64,000 nt of DNA from Myxococcota bacterium (GTDB lineage: Bacteria; Myxococcota_A; UBA9160; SZUA-336): NCBI GenBank assembly GCA_965247115.1, contig CBDFGR010000002.1:96001-160000 (forward strand), given 5' to 3'. Under the pieces are notes generated by a model. The model was not told the origin of the DNA, made no database searches, and saw only the letters and a list, made by a program, of their open reading frames with translations. Shown here piece by piece: positions 59,046 through 64,000 of this stretch. Numbering within the stretch: position 1 is the stretch's first letter; the number at the start of each line of letters is the position of its first letter. Made by a program: the position numbers and the translations under genes.

Positions 59046-60310
59046 GTCGGCAGAGCCCAACCTGCCGTGGGCAGGCTGTCGGAATCGACGGGGCCGACGA
59101 CGGCCAGGGGGAGCGGCGCCCCGAGCAGAGAAGCGGCCAGTGCGTGGATCTCGCCGAGCGTGACTCGCTGCAGCTCGTCGAGATCCCGCTCCAGCTCGAG
59201 GTTCTCCTCGCCGAGGAGCACCTGCTCAGCGAGGTAGCCCATTCGCGCGCCGGTCGACTCGTGACCGAGCAGCAGACTGACACGCAAATGCTCGCGCGCC
59301 GCCTCGAGCTCCGCCGGGCTGATGCCAGCGTCGCGTACGTTCCCGAGCTCGCGGCTCACGACCTCCAGAGTTTCCTCGAGTTTCGCCGGTGCGACGCTGA
59401 AGCTGACGTCGAGGCGGCCCGTGTCCGTGTAGCTCACGAGCGAGGAGTAGATCGAGTAAACGAGCCCGCGCCTGTCGCGCACCTCGCGGAACAGGCGCGA
59501 GGAGTAGCCGTCCCCTACGATCGCGGAGAGCAGCTCGGCCGCCGCCCAGCGGGGATCCCGACCGGAGACACCTGGCGCGGAGAGCGTGACCTGTACCTGC
59601 TCGAGCTCCCGCTGCATCACCCGGGTCACCGGACGCGGTCCCTCCGGACTCGCAGAAGTTTGCCTCTCGCCAGTCGGGATCCGCCCGAGATGGCGGCTGG
59701 CCAGCTCGACCAGCTCTGCGTGATCAATCTTGCCGGCCGCGGCGATGACCAGCCCGCCGGCCACCAGGTGGCGCTTGTAGTGGGCCCGGATGTCGTCGAC
59801 TCCCAGGCGACCCACCGCAGGAGCCGAGCCGGCAATCGGCATCGCGAGCGGGTGGTCCCCGAAGAAGACGGAATCGCTGAGCTGTCCCAGCAGATCCTCT
59901 GGCGAGTCCTCCACGGCCCGGATCTCCGACAGGATCACTCTGCGCTCGCGCTCCACCTCCTCCTCGACTCCCGCCGGGAGGGCCTCGGTGGCGAGATCGC
60001 CAAACAGGGCCAGCAGACGCTCCAGGGTCTCGGCCAGCACGCGCGCGTACAGGCAGATGGTCTCTTTGCTCGTGTACGCATTGGAGACTCCACCGAGCAG
60101 ATCGATCTCGCGGTTGATCTGGTCGGCGCTCCGGCGCGGAGTCCCCTTGAACACCAGGTGCTCGATGAAGTGAGACACGCCGTTGTCGAGCTGGGTCTCG
60201 TGTCTGGATCCGGTCGGGAAGTACAGACCCAGCGAGATGCTCTCGACACCCGGCATCGACTCGCTCACCACGCTGGCCCCGGAGTCGAGGACGCTTCTCT
60301 CGGGAGGCAC
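59042..60310 (-). CDS. M16-family (pitrilysin-like) peptidase
   Basis: HFIEHLVFKGT and SSRLFREVR motifs; typical position after pnp. Confidence 0.92.
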   Translation of the reverse strand: MPPERSVLDSGASVVSESMPGVESISLGLYFPTGSRHETQLDNGVSHFIEHLVFKGTPRRSADQINREIDLLGGVSNAYTSKETICLYARVLAETLERLLALFGDLATEALPAGVEEEVERERRVILSEIRAVEDSPEDLLGQLSDSVFFGDHPLAMPIAGSAPAVGRLGVDDIRAHYKRHLVAGGLVIAAAGKIDHAELVELASRHLGRIPTGERQTSASPEGPRPVTRVMQRELEQVQVTLSAPGVSGRDPRWAAAELLSAIVGDGYSSRLFREVRDRRGLVYSIYSSLVSYTDTGRLDVSFSVAPAKLEETLEVVSRELGNVRDAGISPAELEAAREHLRVSLLLGHESTGARMGYLAEQVLLGEENLELERDLDELQRVTLGEIHALAASLLGAPLPLAVVGPVDSDSLPTAGWALPT

Positions 60311-60372
60311 TGCGGCTCCTCCTGCTCAGGCGACGCGGAGCCTTCCGCCCCCCGCCGCCCGGGCTCATCGCC

Positions 60373-62538
60373 TCAAGATCCTGCCAGCTGCTCCTCGATG
60401 GCGGCCCGACGCGAGAGTCGGATCTTCCCACTCGGATCCACGTCGAGGCACTTGACGATGACCTCGTCTCCCTCGACGCAGATGTCCTCCACGCGCTCGA
60501 CCCGATGGTCGGCCATCTCGGAGATGTGCAGCAGCCCGTCCGTGCCAGGGAATACCTCGACGAAGGCACCAAAGTCGGTCACTCGCTTCACCTTGCCGAA
60601 GTAGAGCTTTCCGACCTCCGCCTCCTGCGTGATCTCCTCGACCATCTGCTGGCATGCCTCGAGCGAGGTCTTGTCCGGCGCAAAGAGCGTACAGCGGCCC
60701 GAGTCCTCGATGTCCACCTTGGCCCCTGTGGATTCCTGGATCCCGCGGATCACCTTGCCACCCGGCCCGATCACGTCGCGAATTCTGTCCGGCTTGACCC
60801 AGAGGATGCTGACCCGGGGTGCGTTCTCCGAGAGCTCCTCGCGCGGCTTGAAGTTCGGCAGCAATGCGGCCGTCTCCCGGGCCATGCAATCCAGGATGTG
60901 CAGTCGGCCCGCGCGCGCCTGCTCGAGCGCGGTCTCCATGACCTCCCAGTTCAGCCCGTCGATCTTGATGTCCATCTGGATCGCGGTGATGCCGTCGCGC
61001 GAGCCCGCCACCTTGAAGTCCATGTCGCCCAGGTGGTCTTCATCGCCAAGGATGTCGGAGAGCACGGCGTTGCGATCGCCGTCCGTGATCAGTCCCATCG
61101 CGATGCCCGCGACGGGTGCGGTGATCTGGATGCCCGCGTCCATCAGCGCCAGGGCGCCCCCGCACACCGATGCCATGGACGAGGATCCGTTGCTCTCCAT
61201 GATCTCGGAAACGACCCGAAGCGTGAAGGGCGACTCCTCCATGTCCGGCAGCACTGCCCGGAGGGCGCGCTCCGCCAGCGCTCCGTGGCCCTGCTCGCGT
61301 CGGTTTGGCGCGCGCAGCGGGCGAACCTCGCCCACACTGTAGGCCGGGAAGTTGTAGTGCAGATAGAAGTTCCTGTAGAAGGTGTCCCGCAAGCCCTCGA
61401 TCATCTGCTCGTCGCGCTTGCCACCGAGCGTGATCGTGACGACAGCCTGAGTCTCTCCGCGCGTGAACACCGCTGAGCCGTGCAAGCGTGGGAAGGCCTG
61501 GACGTGACACTGGATGGGCCGGATCTCGGTCGCCGACCGGCCGTCCAGCCGGGGCTCGCCGGAGAGAATCGCTTCTCGCATCACCTCCGAGCGGAGATCG
61601 TGAAGGATCTCCTTGACATCGGACGCGAGCTCCTTCGCGCCATGCTGGGCCTCCTCCACCTCGGCCAGGGTGCTGAGCGTGCGCGTCTGATTCTTGTAGT
61701 CGGAGAGGAACTTCGGGAGGACCTCACCATCGATCTCGTTCAGTGCGCGGTAGCGCGCGTGCTTTTCGGGAGTACGACTCGCGACCACGATGCGCTCGCG
61801 TGCGAGCGCGTCGATCTGCGAGACGAGGTCCGGATCCGGCTTCTTGGAAGCGACCACGCGCTTCGTCTTCCCTGCCCGACGGACGAGCTCGCCCTGAGCA
61901 TCGAGGAGCGGCTGCATCTGCTCGTGTCCGAACCGGAGCGCCTGCAGCATGTCGGCCTCGGAGACCTCTCTTGCGCCGCCCTCGACCATCACGATGGAAT
62001 CCCGGGTGCCCGCGATGATCACGTTGATATCGGTCCCGTCCATCTCGTCAAAGGAACCGTTGGCGACGAGCTGACCGTCGACACGCACCACACGCACCGC
62101 GGCGATCGGCTCGGGGAAGGGGATGTCCGAAAGTGCGACTGCCGCAGACGCGCCGACGAAAGCCAGCATGTCCGTGTCGTAGCCGGGCTCGGCCGACAGT
62201 ACGGTCGCGGTCACCTGGGTCTCGTCTCGATACCCGTCAGGAAAGAGGGGACGCAGCGACCGATCGATGAAGCGCGAGGTGAGAACCTCCTTCTCGGTCA
62301 AGCCTCGCTCTCGTTTGAAGAAGCCTCCCGGAATCTTGCCGGAGGCATAGATCCGCTCGAGGTAGTCGACCGTCAGCGGGAAGAAGTCGATGCCCTCGCG
62401 CGGCCTCGCCCTGTTCGCCGTGACGAGCACGGCCGCCTGCCCACACGACACGATCGCGGCGCCGTTCGATTGCTTTGCAATCCGACCCGTCTCGATCTCG
62501 ATGACCTTCCCATCCACATTACACTCAACCTTGTCCAT
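60373..62538 (-). CDS. pnp: Polyribonucleotide nucleotidyltransferase
   Basis: FFPLTVDY, RREQGHG, SNGSSSMAS and GDMDFKVAG motifs; KH and S1 domains. Confidence 0.97.
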   Translation of the reverse strand: MDKVECNVDGKVIEIETGRIAKQSNGAAIVSCGQAAVLVTANRARPREGIDFFPLTVDYLERIYASGKIPGGFFKRERGLTEKEVLTSRFIDRSLRPLFPDGYRDETQVTATVLSAEPGYDTDMLAFVGASAAVALSDIPFPEPIAAVRVVRVDGQLVANGSFDEMDGTDINVIIAGTRDSIVMVEGGAREVSEADMLQALRFGHEQMQPLLDAQGELVRRAGKTKRVVASKKPDPDLVSQIDALARERIVVASRTPEKHARYRALNEIDGEVLPKFLSDYKNQTRTLSTLAEVEEAQHGAKELASDVKEILHDLRSEVMREAILSGEPRLDGRSATEIRPIQCHVQAFPRLHGSAVFTRGETQAVVTITLGGKRDEQMIEGLRDTFYRNFYLHYNFPAYSVGEVRPLRAPNRREQGHGALAERALRAVLPDMEESPFTLRVVSEIMESNGSSSMASVCGGALALMDAGIQITAPVAGIAMGLITDGDRNAVLSDILGDEDHLGDMDFKVAGSRDGITAIQMDIKIDGLNWEVMETALEQARAGRLHILDCMARETAALLPNFKPREELSENAPRVSILWVKPDRIRDVIGPGGKVIRGIQESTGAKVDIEDSGRCTLFAPDKTSLEACQQMVEEITQEAEVGKLYFGKVKRVTDFGAFVEVFPGTDGLLHISEMADHRVERVEDICVEGDEVIVKCLDVDPSGKIRLSRRAAIEEQLAGS

Positions 62539-62700
62539 CTTCGCTCCATCGACCGCTGGCCGACGCTCTTGGGTCGACCGCAGCCTGCGTTGCCGCTTCG
62601 GTACGAGATGTGGGTGGGGGCTAACTAGATGATGCGGAATGAGCGACGTGCGCAGCCTGGCTGTGCACATCGCTCATCCCACATCTCGCATCCATCATTC

Positions 62701-62728
62701 AAAAGGCCGGCACACCTGGCCGGCCTTT
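62701..62728 (-). terminator. Rho-independent terminator after rpsO
   Basis: AAAGGCCGGC-N7-GCCGGCCTTT hairpin with a T run on the minus strand. Confidence 0.75.
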
Positions 62729-62740
62729 GCCCCATAAAAT

Positions 62741-63007
62741 CTACCTTCGGATCTCGAGCCTATCGATGAGCTCGCGATAGCGAGCGTCATTCTTGCGCTT
62801 GAGATAGTCGAGCAGCGCGCGCCGCTGGCTAACGAGAAGCAGGAGCCCTCTGCGCGAGTGGTGGTCCTTCCGGTGCACTTTCAGGTGCTCCGTCAGGTAC
62901 TTGATGCGCTCCGTGAGAAGCGCCACTTGAACCTCGCTCGAGCCTGTGTCCCCGTCGCTGCGCTGATAGTTCTTTACGATTTCTTGCTTGCCTGCGGCGT
63001 CGAGCAA
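62741..63007 (-). CDS. rpsO: 30S ribosomal protein S15
   Basis: [13 protein letters not shown] and KDHHSRRGL motifs; TTG start gives 88 aa. Confidence 0.97.
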   Translation of the reverse strand: MLDAAGKQEIVKNYQRSDGDTGSSEVQVALLTERIKYLTEHLKVHRKDHHSRRGLLLLVSQRRALLDYLKRKNDARYRELIDRLEIRR

Positions 63008-63031
63008 ACCTTCCCCTTTGGAATCGCGCTG

Positions 63032-63060
63032 TGTATAGCAGAGGCCTATCGCGGCCGCAA
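63032..63060 (-). promoter_or_regulatory. Candidate sigma70 promoter for rpsO-pnp
   Basis: TTGCGG-N17-TATACA with an extended TGn element. Confidence 0.55.
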
Positions 63061-63074
63061 TCCGCGTCGCACGG

Positions 63075-64000
63075 CTAACTCTCCGTCCCTTCGGGGATTT
63101 CTGCGCTCGACCCGGCCACGCGTGGCGCGGACTTCGTGCCCTCCAGGAAGACTCGAAGGGTGCGGAGCTCGGGAATGCCAAGGCGCGCCTCCGCGAGCGC
63201 CACCAGGCGTCCTTTCCTGACCAGCTGCACCGTGCCCTCCGGCGGGACGCCCTTGACCTCGTGTCGTCCGAGCTGGATCCCGTTTCCGACGCGGCGACAC
63301 GTTCGGGCGTCCACCTCGTAGGTGGGAAGATCCGTAGCGGCGGCCATGGGGATCACGCGCTGTGCTCCCCACGCCTCCAGGTCATCGAGCGCGAGCGACT
63401 GGTGCAGGTGGAACGGACCGCTCCGGGTACGCACGAGCTGCCACAGGTGCGCTCCTGTGCCAAGCGCCTTGCCCAGATCGTGAGCCACGGAGCGCAAGTA
63501 GGTTCCCGCACTGCAGTCGACCTCGATCGAGACCAGCGGAGGCTCGTAGTCCAGGAGCTCCACCCGCTGAAGCCGGACCCGCCGGGGCTCCAGGTGCACC
63601 GTCTCTCCTCTCCGGGCGCGCCGGTAGGAGGGCTCTCCGTCCTGCTTGACCGCCGAGTAGGGGGGCGGCGTCTGATCGATTTCGCCGCGAAAGCGCTCGA
63701 GCGTCTTCTCGACCACCTCGCGATCGGGCCAGGGACCCGCCATCTCTCCCGTGACCTCGCCCTCGCGGTCGTAGGTCGTCGTCTCGACGCCGAGCCGGAT
63801 CTGGCCGGAGTAGCTCTTCTCGCCGTGAGTGAGCAACCGCGAGAGCTTCGTCGCCTCCCCGAGCGCGATCGGCAACACCCCGGTCGCCATCGGGTCCAGC
63901 GTACCCAGGTGTCCAACCCTGCGCTGCTTTGCCCACTTGCGCACTCGTTGCACCACGTCGTGCGAGGTCAACCCCGCAGGCTTGTTGATTACGAGGAACC
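63075..64000 (-). CDS. truB: tRNA pseudouridine(55) synthase; 5' end outside the window
   Basis: [29 protein letters not shown] and GTYLRS motifs. Confidence 0.96.
   Translation of the reverse strand, partial: FLVINKPAGLTSHDVVQRVRKWAKQRRVGHLGTLDPMATGVLPIALGEATKLSRLLTHGEKSYSGQIRLGVETTTYDREGEVTGEMAGPWPDREVVEKTLERFRGEIDQTPPPYSAVKQDGEPSYRRARRGETVHLEPRRVRLQRVELLDYEPPLVSIEVDCSAGTYLRSVAHDLGKALGTGAHLWQLVRTRSGPFHLHQSLALDDLEAWGAQRVIPMAAATDLPTYEVDARTCRRVGNGIQLGRHEVKGVPPEGTVQLVRKGRLVALAEARLGIPELRTLRVFLEGTKSAPRVAGSSAEIPEGTES

Noticed and set aside
57574..59283. Long N-terminal extensions in the ORF track (cdsA, mlaF, sthA, TetR, pnp, rpsO) suggesting fusions
   Set aside because: The extensions overlap upstream genes or leaders and are low-complexity; downstream starts fit stop/start overlaps and family lengths.

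Overview
GC-rich bacterial chromosome segment; gene content suggests a Gram-negative, deltaproteobacterial/Myxococcota-like organism (inference only). Left third: an RND efflux operon, secreted proteins, and an Mla/Mce lipid-transport operon translationally coupled to an upstream Rsb-type partner-switching module whose phosphatase is doubly frameshifted. Next come sthA and acyl-CoA catabolic genes: an lvaBAC-like kinase/dehydrogenase trio, an Ltp2/DUF35-like pair, a thiolase, a 3-hydroxyacyl-CoA dehydrogenase and a B12 radical SAM enzyme. Centre: a TetR / SAM-methyltransferase / HgcAB-like corrinoid-ferredoxin fusion operon with a perfect palindromic operator, followed by two tandem islands integrated at tRNA-Gly(GCC) at 46004-46079, with att copies at 37607 and 33506. 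The distal island holds a cobalt nitrile hydratase cassette bracketed by 125-bp chaB-like direct repeats, a clean IS256 and an integrase remnant. The proximal island holds an intact tyrosine integrase, two DNA methyltransferases, a RelE/HTH toxin-antitoxin pair, an MmeI-like fragment and a DUF3800 gene split by a transposase-free two-gene insertion with a 9-bp duplication. Right third is core genome: pgsA, nadB, gmhB, gmd, purF/L/Q/S/B, cdsA, dut, M16 peptidase, pnp, rpsO, truB. No CRISPR array or rRNA was seen. Family calls come from recalled motifs, not database searches.
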